A DNA stretch of 64,000 nt from an uncultured Rivularia sp. (lineage in GTDB: Bacteria > Cyanobacteriota > Cyanobacteriia > Cyanobacteriales > Nostocaceae): contig OY762007.1 in assembly GCA_963665115.1 (NCBI GenBank), positions 8,320,001 to 8,384,000 of the forward strand, given 5' to 3'. A program made the position numbers and the translations under genes. How positions within the stretch are numbered: the first letter of the stretch is position 1; each line of letters begins with the position of its first letter. Of the stretch, positions 32,042 to 43,954 are shown piece after piece. Under the pieces are notes generated by a model, which was given only the letters and a program-made list of their open reading frames with translations, was not told where the DNA came from and did no database searches.

Positions 32042-34205
32042 TTAACTAACTCGAAACTGATTTTCAGCCACATTTACAAAGTATTCCGAATGTTGAATTT
32101 CTTCTGCTTTAGTATTTTTGAGAAATGCAATAATTTCCGAGCCAGCCATAATTAATGTTCCATTGGATGATTCTTGAAAAGTTAATTGGTCAAAACTAAT
32201 GTTTGTCAGACCAATTTTATCAATACCAACTTCAAAATCTTCAATTACATTCGTTTCTGATTCCGCAGCACTACCGTCACCGGGTTGAAAAATAAATGTA
32301 TCTATCCCGGCACCACCATTCAGAATATCTCTACCAATACCGCCGATTAGAATATCATTATTGTTATCGCCGAGAATCATATCATCACCAGATTCACCGA
32401 AGAAAATATCATTACGATCTCCGTCGTAAGGGCTATCTGCACCAAAATTCAACAATTCGCTACCGTGCATTTCTTGGTTTCCAGAACTACCAATAACGAT
32501 ATCGTCTTGATTACCTGCTTTTAATATTCCAGCTAATGAAGTTACTAGGTTGTCTTCGTTAACATCAATTATTCCTTTGAAACCTTTGCTGTTTCCTTCA
32601 AGGATTTGTAATTCTCCTAAATCTTCAATAGAAATTGTTTCAACTGATTGATAAGCCCCGATACCCAGTAAATCTCCGAGTATACCTTGTTGGTTAATTG
32701 TATTTGTAAAAGCACGCACGACTCTCTCGTGTTCCCGACCAAAGTCTGTTAATTCTGATTCAGTTCCAAACGTCATCTCGAAAGCTTCATCAGCGCCAAG
32801 AGCTAATTGTTTATTTCCAGCAATGCTTTTTTCACCTACAAATGCTCTAGAAAAAACCGATGTATCGGCGTATGTTTGGGGAGCTTGAATACCTTCTATT
32901 CTGCCATCGACATCATAGATATCTTTGATCGCATCGACAGCAAATGGATTGTCATCGCCATTCCGTGATGATGGTGGATCGAGAGCGGTGATTGTTCTAA
33001 CGCCTTCATTATTGCCCGTGACTACAGTTTCGTTTTCTACAGCCAATCCATCTCGATAAAGTCTTCCTATTTCCGCGCTTAGCAAGGAACCCAAACTATG
33101 ACCAATTAAGTTTAAACTTTGTGAAGCTCCGAGACTATCTATTCCGTAATAATCCTTTAATGCTTCGACTGCAAATTCAGCAACTGGATTAATCCAGCTA
33201 GCTGCTCGGAAATTCCCTTTACCTAAAGCTCCGTACTCAATTCCTAACGTTTCTGTACTGTTAAAAGCAGCCTCTCTCCAGTCTAATAACAGAACGCGAT
33301 CGCCACTATGTGCAGCAGCAATTTCTTGTGCTATATCGGTAAATTTTCCATCGGGTGTATCGTTCCAACCGTGGACGATTACCCAAGTTTGTTGAGCGTC
33401 GGTGGGATTATTAAATTCTCTAAAGCCGATGTTGCGGATGCCGGGATTGTTTTCTATTTCTGAGTTAAGTAAAATTCCTTCTACACTTCCACCAGTCACT
33501 GTGCCTTGAAACTGGTAAAACACTCGGATCTAAATACTCGCCCTTATCTTGAGAATTGAATGTTGCATCTTGATAACTTTGTGTTTGCAATATGCTCTGA
33601 TTGCTAACAGTTGCATTAGATGCAGCTTCATTATTAGAGTACTGGTTTCCTTCAAGCTTCAGCAGTGAAATGTCGTTTACATGACCAGCATCATTACCGA
33701 CAGGTTGGATGTTTATTTCAAGATTATTTACATTTACACCTGAAGAAGTATCGAAAGAATTAACATTTTGATCGGGCGATGCTTCAGAAACCGTAGCCGC
33801 AGTATTTTTATTCCCTAAAACCGCATCATCTGTAAAGTTTTTTGAGGATAAATTAACCTCGCTATTCCCATGTAAATCGTCATTAAAAACAGGAATCCTG
33901 ATTCTTTTCCCTATCTCCCCATCAATAAACTCTACGGAAATAGGAGCTTCATTGAAAGCAACTTCCGATTCAACATCATTTGACCTCAGATCCGCAAACT
34001 GCGAAATTAAAACTTTATCTCGGACTTCACTCGAAAAGTCTTCTTCAAAATGAAGAGAATGGGATTGAGAAGATCCAGTTAATGAAGGGTTTTTAAGAAT
34101 TCCTTCTAGATGATGATCGGTAGAAAGTATATCTTTATGCAATGACTGGTGAGATGACGAATTATTATTCATTTGTAAATTGATTTCGAGCTTTTGTAGA
34201 TTCAT
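32042..34205 (-). pseudogene. Lipase-like alpha/beta hydrolase with C-terminal RTX Ca-binding repeats, apparent +1 frameshift
   Basis: VIVHGW, LIGHSLG, ITALDP; GGxGxD repeats; ORFs 33465-34205 and 32042-33523 join into 720 aa if one base near 33510-33520 is removed. Confidence 0.75.
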
Positions 34206-34869
34206 TTTAATTAAATAATATATATGTCGCGTTTAAATGTAGTTAAAGACGCAGTGTTGAAATTCATATATAGATATGATGGTTTTATAGCTCAAGAACT
34301 AAGGTAGTTAAGAGCATAAACAACCTGCATTTTGATTGATAATGAAAATAATTTATGTTCCAATCTTTAAAGCGGTTGGAACGAGATTTAAATTGATTAA
34401 CTAGAAATGATTTATCTAGAATTGATTATGCTAGATAACCTCGATAATTATCATCTAACTAAAGAAATATTCTTTAGAAAAAATTATTATCAGTAAGTAT
34501 TTAAGCCGATTTTCATATCAAAATAATTGCTTGATGGCAGTTGTAACTTATAAATAATTTTGTTGATTAAATAGAAAGCATGGTGTTAAGAAGTTAATTT
34601 TTTAATATGATTTATACTAAATTCTATTTTTGCAAAGGTAAAGTGACATTGTTGATGCTAATTTTACTTTTTGATTTTGGTTTATTGTTGTGAATGTGAC
34701 AAAACACCTCACCCTCAATCCCTCTCCTTAATAAGGAGAGGGAAGCCGGAGGCAGGGTGAGGTTTTATATTTAATTTGACCTAGTTACTTACTACGAACC
34801 TTTATTTTTACTACTAAAAATTAATACAACCTACAAAAAAATATAGTAAGATTTGAAAAACGGCATATC

Positions 34870-35506
34870 TCAAGCATAATCCCGTCGAATTCTATTAATA
34901 GCTGCATTCAATCCATCGCTATGAATCCAGCCCACAAAACCACCGTAAATCATGTTGTCATTTCTATCGGCAATAAAAACGTGGTCAACTCCAAAGGGGT
35001 TTTTCCAAGTTTTCACAATTGAACCATCTCTTAGCCGAATAACAGGATTAGAACTTTTAAAATCTCGATGGTGAGCGCGAGTCATTCCGGGGACGTTTTC
35101 TAATATCTCGATAACTTCTTCGCTATCATCTGCGATATGTTGACTAACTACAGTTGTACAGCCACATCCATCTGTGATTGTAAACTTGAGTCTTTCTTTT
35201 AAATCCCCATCAAACAGCGATAGAGAATTAATTTCTTCTAATAATTTACCTTGGGGTTCTAACTGTCTTCTTTGACAATAAACTGCTGTAAGTAACTCTT
35301 CTAAACCGACGTTAGTTAAAGCATCTGCAATCAATCCCGTTAATCCTAATACCGCGATTCCACCCAACATCCCCGCAGGGGCCACCTAAAAAAGCTAAAG
35401 CAGCAGTAATCGCAGCAGCACCCGTTAAACCAGTACTTGCCATGACTGCGATTAAAATGATTCCAGGAAATCCCAATCCGGCGATTTTTTTAATAAGTTC
35501 GTCCAT
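34870..35506 (-). pseudogene. Hypothetical membrane protein with Gly/Ala-rich hydrophobic N-terminus, apparent +1 frameshift
   Basis: Removing one C at about 35378-35381 gives LGGPAGMLGG and 211 aa. Confidence 0.8.
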
Positions 35507-35645
35507 TACACCCTTATTCTCAGTAAAGATTTTTTTCTTTTATAACACCATAGCTTTTTTGGTTATTTATCCTTTATTTTACAAATGTGAAATTAACTTC
35601 TAGACTTTCCCCCTCTCCTTAACAAGGAGAGGGCTGGGGTGAGGT

Positions 35646-38600
35646 TCAATTCCACTCTCCTTGCAAAGTAAAAGCAGCCCAATAATAAGGATTTCGCCAA
35701 TCTGGATTAGCCCATAACTTGCGCTGTGCAGCCCTTAACGCTTCGGTAGGATTTTTATTTTCCTGCAACATTTGCTTATAAAATTCTTGCATCAATACCG
35801 ATGTACCTTCATCGCTAACATTCCACAATGAAAGCGCTACTCTGGACGCACCTGCATACATCAAACCCCTTGTCAACCCTACGATACCTTCACCACTAAT
35901 ATTTTTACCAAGTCCAGTTTGGCAAGCACTTAATACAATTAATTCCGCTGGATAATCTTGTTCAAATAAATCTGCTAAACGCAAATAACCCGGTATTTGT
36001 TCGCCATCCTTATTAACTAAAGATAAAACAATTCCCGACAATTCTGGTTGTTCGGGATTAACAAAACCGTGAGTTGCAAAGTGTAAAATTTGGAATTGAT
36101 TAAGGTTTTTATTTGTAGCCCAATTATAGTTAGCGTCAAAGCTAAATACTGGTAAGCTTGATTGAGAAGAAACGAGTTTTAATATTTCTTGAGCTTCTAT
36201 TTTTGTATTCTTTAATCGACTCCAACCATTACGGTTAAGACTTTTAGCGGAACGTTTGAGAGCAGAACGTTCTAATTCAATATCAATATCAAGATCGTAA
36301 CTTGTAGATTTACCCGTAATTCGTTCGTCATTGGAACTATATACTGGATCTGCAAGAATGGCGATTTTTTTCGGTGCTATTTCACGTTTGGCAATTTTTT
36401 CTCTTTGGATAGCAATAGTTGATGCTGAAGGTAAATTCACAATTTCGTGATGGAGCATCAACGGTTGATAATTTGTATTTGCTGTTCCTGGTTTATTGGG
36501 AATTGGTTCGGGATTAATTCCACCTCGGGAGACGTTACATATAACGTCTCTACATTCATTATTTTCTACCCCCTCTACCCCCTCTACCCTCTCTACCCCC
36601 TCTCCCAAATTATGTAATGCTGCAAAAGGAATCTGCTGCAACACACCATCAGCAACGATAACCAATCTTTTCCCGGCTAACTTATCTTGTACGGGTGCAA
36701 GAATCATTTTGCTAAGTTTTTGTGCTGAATCAATCGGTAAATTATTTGTTGCTAATTCGCTGTGAAATTCTTTGGCCACTTTTTCAATTTCTTCACCTTT
36801 TGGTAATTCGTAGCTATTTAAAGAATTAGGAGTAACTAACCATAAATAACTACGCTTTTCACCCAAGGAATATTGTAGTAAAACGGTATCCTTATCTAGC
36901 TGCTGTTGAATTTGAGGTAATTTTAACGGTTCTGGATTAGTTAATTTATCTCTTTCTGGATTTTGAGCGCGGATTTTGGCTTTAAGTTGTTTTTGTTGAT
37001 TAATAATATTTTGAATTTCGGCTTCGGTTTGTTTAATTGTGTCTTTCGGTGGTTGCTTTTGATTAATTAACTTAACGAGAATTTTTTCTTGAGCTTGACG
37101 TTTCAGCTGTAATTCTTTTTCTTGTGCAATGAATTTGGGATTAATGTTTTTGCTGAGTTTAGCGTTAGCTTGAGCTAATAATTCGATTAAACCACGAGCG
37201 CGGGAACGTTCGGAAATGTGTAGCGCTATAGAATCGTATCCTTGTGATGGGTTTTTCTTGTGTTGTTCCATCAATAGATCGATGTAGAATTTGTAATAAC
37301 CTTGGACTGTAGAGAAATAGGTGGTTTTTAAATCTTGGTTGGTGTAGGTACCGCGTAAATCTTCGATAATGGCGATCGCGTTTTTGATATGTTTGAGGGA
37401 TTTTTGTTTTTCTCCCAAATCCGAGTAAACTAGACTAATATTATTGAGTGTTGTAGCTTCCCCACCTTTATCACCCACTGCACGAAATAAAGGTTTTGCT
37501 TGGTTGAACAACGAAAGTGCCTTTTGTTTTTCTCCTAAATCCGAGTAGACTGCACCAATATTATTGAGTATTGTAGCTTCCCCACCTTTATCAGCCACTG
37601 CACGTTTCAACGGTAAAGCTTGTTTGTAAAACAAAAGTGCCTTTTGTTTTTCTCCTAAAGCATCGTAGACGTGACCAATATTATTAAGTGTGGAGGCTTC
37701 TCCAGCTTTGTCTCCCACCGCACTTTTCAACGGTAAAGCTTGGTTGTAGAATTGTAGTGCCTTGTGCTTTTCTCCTAAAGCATCGTAGACGTGACCAATA
37801 TTATTAAGTGTGGAGGCTTCTCCAGCTTTGTCTCCCACCGCACGTTTCAACGGTAAAGCTTGGTTGTAGAATTGCAGCGCCTTCTGATTTTCTCCTAAAT
37901 CGTCGTAGACAGAAGCAATATTATTGAGTGTTGTAGCTTCCCCATTCCTATTACCCACTGCACGATATAAAGGTTTTGCTTGGTTGAACAACGAAAGTGC
38001 CTTTTGTTTTTCTCCTAAATCCGCGTAGACTGTAGCAATATTATTGAGTATTCCAGCTTCCCCACCCCTATCACCCACTGCACGATATAAAGGTTTTGCT
38101 TGGTTGAACAACGAAAGTGCCTTTTGTTTTTCTCCTAAATCTGAGTAGACTTTACCAATATTATTGAGTGTTCTAGCTTCCCCACCCCTATCACCCAGCG
38201 CATGAAGTGAAGGTAAAGCTTGGTTGTAAAACGAAACTGCCTTTTGTTTTTCTCCTAAAGCGGAGTAGACTGCACCAATATTATTGAGTGTTCTAGCTTC
38301 CCCACGTTTATCACCCGCTGCACGACGTAAAGGTAAAGTTTGTTTGAACAACGAAAGTGCCTTGTGTTTTTCTCCTAAATCTGAGTAGACTGCACCAATA
38401 TTATTGAGTATTGTAGCTTCCCCACCTTTATCAGCCACTGCACGGTATAAAGGTAAAGCTTGGTTGTAATAGGAAAGTGCCTTCTGTTTTTCTCCTAAAT
38501 CTGAGTAGACTGCACCAATATTATTGAGTGTTCTAGCTTCCCCAGCTTTATCAGCCACTGCACGATATAAAGGTAAAGCTTGGTTGTAAAACGAAACTGC

Positions 38601-38949
38601 CTTTTGTTTTTCTCCTAAAGCGGAGTAGACTTGACCAATACTACGAAGAGTAACAGCTTGCCATGACTTATCCCCCAATTTTTCCCACAGAAACCAGCGC
38701 TGCTTCCCATTTCTTCCTAGCTGCTAGCAGTGATTCTTTACTTCCCTGCTTGAATAATTGCAATCCTTCTTGCATTAACTTATTTGCTTCAGCACGCATT
38801 GCATCCAGTTGCGTTTGTTTCTGTTGAACAATTATTTGTAAATTCCTAGAAGCATATACTCTCCCCACATCGGAAATCAAAAATACAGTTAAAAATACAG
38901 CAAAGGCGCGATGCATTAAAGCTCGAACATGGTGATGTTTTTTGCTCAT
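35646..38949 (-). pseudogene. TPR-CHAT (caspase-like) protease, apparent +1 frameshift near the 5' end
   Basis: Eleven 40-aa TPR repeats; catalytic LHFATHG and LSACQTG intact; removing one T at about 38691-38693 joins the signal-peptide ORF, 1100 aa. Confidence 0.92.
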
Positions 38950-39098
38950 AACTTATTACTTTAAGTGATTTTTCTATAGCTATAAACATCTCTATCTAGC
39001 GCTTTGCTAATTATGCAATTATTCGCTTTTTTGCAAAATTACTGAATGATAAACCGCAGAATCGAGGGTGCGGAGGGCACGGAGGAAAGATGCAGAAA

Positions 39099-39277
39099 GT
39101 AGGTTGGGTTAGACGCACGAGAATTTTGAATTTTAGCTAATAATTAATATTGCGTCGTAACCCAACATTCGATTGTTGTAACTTTTAGTATTTATTCAAA
39201 ACCTGATGTTGGGTTACGACAGGAGAAGCTAAATTGTAATCACCATCAAAATTCTAAACCTGTCTAACCCAGCCTAC
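39099..39277. mobile_element. REPIN-like element (GTAGGTTGGGTTAGAC family), copy 4
   Basis: Same four conserved boxes as 13533-13724, different spacers. Confidence 0.85.
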
Positions 39278-39303
39278 AAAATATTTTAACTCAGTAATTA
39301 CCC

Positions 39304-41202
39304 TTACTCAACTGTTACCGATTTAGCAAGATTCCTCGGTTGATCCACGTCCAAACCGCGACGGGCTGCGATGTGATAAGCCAATAACTGTAAAGGTACT
39401 ACTGTCAAAATTGGCGATAGTAATTCATCCACAGTTGTAACTGGAATCAAATCGTTGAAAACTTCTGCTACTTCTTCATCATCAGCAGGTGCAATTCCAA
39501 TCAATCTTGAATCCCTTGCTTTGGCTTCCTGAGCGTTGGAAATCACTTTTTCGTGAACGCTTCCCGGCATGGCGATCGCCACTACTGGAACTTTCTCATC
39601 TAAAAGGGCGATGGGGCCATGTTTCATTTCGCCTGCGGGATATCCTTCGGCGTGAATATAGCTGATTTCTTTTAATTTTAAAGCGCCTTCTAAAGCGATG
39701 GGGAAGTTAATTCCTCTTCCTAAAAATATAAAGTCTCTGGTTTCGGTAAATTCGTGAGCTAGTTTTTCGGTTAATTTTTCCTGTTTTTGCAGATTTTCTT
39801 CAATTTCTGTGGGAATCATCCGCAATCCGGCAATCACTTCGATGATTCTTTCACTAGAAACGGTTTTACACCGATAAGCTAAGTCTAAAGCTAATGCATA
39901 AAACGCCATCAATTGAGCGGTGAAGGTTTTTGTTGCTGCTACACCAATTTCAATTCCGGCAAGGGTATTAATAATATGCGGTACCATCAATCCCAAACTA
40001 CTTTCGGGACGATTGGTTATACCCAAAAGCCGTGGTTTATACTTAGGATCTTTGGCTTCACGACGTTGTTTTTCCATCGATAAAGCTGCTAAAGTATCCG
40101 CAGTTTCACCGGATTGAGTTACGCCAATTATTAATGTATTAGGTGTTAAAGGAGTTGGGGAATAGCGGAATTCGGAAGCGTAATGTACCTGAGTGGGAAT
40201 TCCCGCAAATTGTTCTAATAAGTATTTTCCGACTAATGCCGCGTGCCAACTAGTACCGCAGGCAACTATCTGTATTTGTTCTAAATCGTGATAAAGTTCG
40301 TCTGGTAAACCCAGATTTACCGGGGAATTTGTATAGTCTAAAGTATCTTGATGGCTGAAATAAGCATCCAAACAAGCTCTTACCACACCAGGTTGCTCGT
40401 AGATTTCCTTGAGCATAAAGTGCTTGAATCCCTGCTTCTCCACCATTACGGGATTCATATTAAGTATTCGGGGCTGCTTTTTCAACCTTTCCCCAGCGAA
40501 GTTATAAACCTCCACACCCAAAGGCGTTAAACGTGCCATTTCTCCATCGTCGAGATTTAGCACCGCACGGGTATGAGAAATAATCGCTGGAGTATCCGAA
40601 GCACAGAAAAATTCACCTTGTCCGAAACCAATTACCAAAGGTGCTTGCTGACGCACCAGAACAATTTCATCGGAGAAATCAGCACAAATAACAGCAATAG
40701 CAAACGCACCAGTTAGCTGATTTACTGCTTTTCGCACTGCTTCTAAAAACATTGCATCCGGATAAGTTTCTCCCAGAGCAACTTCTTCTTTCAGAAACTG
40801 AGCTATTAAATGGGGGATAACTTCAGTATCGGTATCCGAACGAAATTCATGACCTTGAGCCTTTAACTCTTCGCGTAGCTCGCGGTAATTCTCAACAATA
40901 CCATTTTGTACCACCGCCACCCGCATAGCCGTATCCATATGGGGATGAGCGTTATATTCTTCCGGCTTACCGTGAGTAGCCCATCTGGTATGTCCAATAC
41001 CAACACGCGCCGGATTTTCTAACTGTTCTAATTTAGTACGTAAATTATGTAACTTACCTTTAGCTCGAACGCAACTAATCTCACCTTCCGATATCGTAGC
41101 GATTCCAGCGGAATCATAGCCCCGATACTCCAACTTTTCCAACCCTGCGAGTAAAACATCAGTCGCCACTTGTGCGCCGATATAACCAACAATTCCGCAC
41201 AT
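39304..41202 (-). CDS. glmS: Glutamine-fructose-6-phosphate transaminase
   Basis: MCGIVG, EYRGYDSAG, GHTRWATHG, PRNLAKSVTVE. Confidence 0.99.
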   Translation of the reverse strand: MCGIVGYIGAQVATDVLLAGLEKLEYRGYDSAGIATISEGEISCVRAKGKLHNLRTKLEQLENPARVGIGHTRWATHGKPEEYNAHPHMDTAMRVAVVQNGIVENYRELREELKAQGHEFRSDTDTEVIPHLIAQFLKEEVALGETYPDAMFLEAVRKAVNQLTGAFAIAVICADFSDEIVLVRQQAPLVIGFGQGEFFCASDTPAIISHTRAVLNLDDGEMARLTPLGVEVYNFAGERLKKQPRILNMNPVMVEKQGFKHFMLKEIYEQPGVVRACLDAYFSHQDTLDYTNSPVNLGLPDELYHDLEQIQIVACGTSWHAALVGKYLLEQFAGIPTQVHYASEFRYSPTPLTPNTLIIGVTQSGETADTLAALSMEKQRREAKDPKYKPRLLGITNRPESSLGLMVPHIINTLAGIEIGVAATKTFTAQLMAFYALALDLAYRCKTVSSERIIEVIAGLRMIPTEIEENLQKQEKLTEKLAHEFTETRDFIFLGRGINFPIALEGALKLKEISYIHAEGYPAGEMKHGPIALLDEKVPVVAIAMPGSVHEKVISNAQEAKARDSRLIGIAPADDEEVAEVFNDLIPVTTVDELLSPILTVVPLQLLAYHIAARRGLDVDQPRNLAKSVTVE

Positions 41203-41399
41203 AGTTCACACCACTCCGTTTTCAGTATGACTCAACTGGTTATAGTAGTTAACACATACTTCAAGCTCAAGCCAAGGAAAACGGGGTAAATTAATACTTA
41301 CTTTATACAGAGATTGGGGGATTGGGGATTGGGTATTGGGAGAGTGGGGAGAGTGGGAAGAGGGGGTAGAGGGGGAAGAAGGGACAAGGGGAAGAATGA

Positions 41400-41501
41400 T
41401 AAGCTGCTACGCATTTAATTTGTATAGTACTAGCGAGCAAGATGCTCGCACTACAACCTTTTCAAATTTTCGCATTATTCAATTTAGCTGCACATCAGCT
41501 T
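41400..41501. mobile_element. About 100-bp MITE-like element, inverted relative of 20526-20628
   Basis: TAAGCTG..CAGCTTA ends; internal GCGAGCAAGATGCTCGCACTAC. Confidence 0.7.
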
Positions 41502-41548
41502 AACCTTTAACCTTTAACCTATTCCCAATCCCCAATTCCCAACGTTAA

Positions 41549-41794
<246 letters not shown>

Positions 41795-42170
41795 TTAAAA
41801 AAACTCCTTTCCGAGTGTACAACTCTATCGAAAGAATAATAATCAAGGGCTAGTTTACCTCAGCGCCTGAGTCGTTGTATTCAAAAGGCCACATAACTTC
41901 AAACAATGTAATAACTTAATTGGGAGTAGGGGATTGGGAATAGGTAATAGGTAATAGGTAATTTTTAATTTTAATTATTCTCCCCCCTCTTCCCCCTCTC
42001 CCCCCTCTCCCCCATCCCCCCAATTGCGAACTATTATCTAAATAATTGGGTCTTGTTAAATCTCTACTTGTAACCAGGATGGCAGCGCGATCGCAAATTT
42101 TGACAAACAATTGGGCAAATACACGACTGAATAAATCATAATTAAGTAGATTTACCATTCAATTCACCTT

Positions 42171-42965
42171 ATGAGAGAACTGGAGCGGTACTATAGAATT
42201 TTAGAATTGGAGCCTGGTGCATCGCTTGAAGAAGTGAACCAGGCTTATAGGGATTTGGCTTTTATTTGGCACCCGGATCGGATTCCTCAAGAAAGACATC
42301 GGTTGCAAGAGAAGGCTCGCAAAAAGCTACAGGAACTTAATGAAGCTCGGGATAAATTACGCTCAATTAAGGCAAAGTATCAATCCAAGCCTGCTAACAA
42401 TGCGTCTTATCAACCGAGAAAAACTGCTTCACCTAGTAGTGAATCTAAGACAGAATGGCCTTCTTCACCTTATCCTTATCAACCGAAAAAAACTGCCGCA
42501 CCTAGTAGCAGTAGTAAATCTAATTCCTATGCGCCTTATCAACAGAAGTGGACTCCTAAACCTTCCCCTACGCCGAATAAAGCTTATCAACCTCCCCAAC
42601 AATCCGATTTGAGCGGACAAGATTTTCGTCGCGCTAATCTCAAGGGAAGGGATTTATCAGGTAGAAATCTGAGCTACGCCAAATTAAACGGTGCTAACCT
42701 CAGCGATGCTTTTATGCACAAGATAATCCTGCGAGGTGCCGATTTATCTAATGCTAATTTATTTAGAGCTAATTTACTTTTAGCCGATATGAAAGAAGCT
42801 AATTTACAAGGTGCCGATTTAATTGGTGCTGATTTAAGCGGTGCTGATTTACGCGGTGCTGACTTGAGAGGTGCAAGAATTCGTTCTGGCGATCGCCTAC
42901 TTGTTAAACTTATTGGAGCTAATTTATCTGGAGCAATTATGCCTGATGGTTCGATTCATGAATAA
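42171..42965 (+). CDS. J-domain protein with C-terminal pentapeptide repeats
   Basis: WHPD motif; A(D/N)Lxx repeats; Pro/Ser-rich linker. Confidence 0.93.
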   Translation: MRELERYYRILELEPGASLEEVNQAYRDLAFIWHPDRIPQERHRLQEKARKKLQELNEARDKLRSIKAKYQSKPANNASYQPRKTASPSSESKTEWPSSPYPYQPKKTAAPSSSSKSNSYAPYQQKWTPKPSPTPNKAYQPPQQSDLSGQDFRRANLKGRDLSGRNLSYAKLNGANLSDAFMHKIILRGADLSNANLFRANLLLADMKEANLQGADLIGADLSGADLRGADLRGARIRSGDRLLVKLIGANLSGAIMPDGSIHE

Positions 42966-43070
42966 TCTCAATTACAATCGAAGTTTCATCAACCTCGGAA
43001 CCAATTCCTCTACCTACTTGTTGAATAATTCCTTGCCTCAGTTTCACTGTACGTCTAATTGCTAATTTTT

Positions 43071-43127
43071 TATTTTTAAATTAGTTATTTTAAATTAGTT
43101 ATTTTAAATTAGTTATTTTAAATTAAT
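43071..43127. repeat. Four tandem ~14-bp AT-rich repeats (TTATTTTAAATTAG)
   Basis: Read directly from sequence. Confidence 0.85.
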
Positions 43128-43342
43128 TGTCTAATAGACATTTTATATACTGAGATTTATAATTTTTAACTCAAGATTAGCAATTTCATACTGAGCGTGA
43201 ATTGAGAAGCTTTCCCAAAATGTAAATAATACCAAAGCCGATCGTTTTGGCATCAAAGATATCTCTGTATGTCTTAAACTTAGCGTATAGAGAGATTTTT
43301 TTGTCACAAGATAAACACGGAAACAACTGTTAGTCAATGACT

Positions 43343-43356
43343 GTAAACAATGTTAC
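43343..43356. promoter_or_regulatory. NtcA consensus site GTA-N8-TAC upstream of glutathione peroxidase
   Basis: GTAAACAATGTTAC about 70 nt before the ATG; spacing to TAATAT is not canonical. Confidence 0.4.
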
Positions 43357-43428
43357 CTGTGTTTCGATTTTGTTATGAAGTGCCTGTAATATGAGAAACT
43401 TGGCAATAGTCCTTATTAAAGAAGAAAA

Positions 43429-43914
43429 ATGAACAATACAGTATCTGACATTATAGTCAAAACTATGGATGGGAAAGATAAGAAAATAGGCGAGTATGCA
43501 AATCAAGTACTCCTAGTTGTTAATGTAGCTTCTCAGTGCGGTTATACTTCGCAATATGCAGGCTTAGAAAAATTGAATCAAAATTACAAAGAGGCTGGCT
43601 TAAGCATTTTAGCATTTCCCTGCAACGACTTTGGAGGACAAGAACCCGGAAGCAATGATGAAATTACAGATTTCTGTACCAGTAATTACGGTACAACTTT
43701 TGAATTATTTGATAAACTCCATGCAAAAGGCGAAGAACAGCATCCGCTTTATGCTAGACTCACAACTGCAATTGAGCCAAAAGGACCTATAGCTTGGAAC
43801 TTTGAGAAGTTTTTAGTTAACAAGCACGGTGAAGTAGTAGCTCGATTTAAAAGCAGCGTCAAGCCAAATTCTCCTGAAGTTATTGCTGCTATAGAAAGAG
43901 AAATAGCACAATAG
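43429..43914 (+). CDS. Glutathione peroxidase family protein
   Basis: NVASQCG, FPCNDFGGQEP, WNFEKFLV. Confidence 0.97.
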   Translation: MNNTVSDIIVKTMDGKDKKIGEYANQVLLVVNVASQCGYTSQYAGLEKLNQNYKEAGLSILAFPCNDFGGQEPGSNDEITDFCTSNYGTTFELFDKLHAKGEEQHPLYARLTTAIEPKGPIAWNFEKFLVNKHGEVVARFKSSVKPNSPEVIAAIEREIAQ

Positions 43915-43954
43915 TTGATAGTTGATAATTGATGATTAAGGGTGCTAGGAGTTT

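Noticed and set aside
37400..38660. Near-identical 120-bp repeats as a DGR template/variable pair
   Set aside because: Ordinary TPR coding repeats; no reverse transcriptase in the window and differences are not obviously adenine-restricted
41203..41548. glmS ribozyme upstream of glmS
   Set aside because: No recognisable core; the region is STRR and MITE-like DNA
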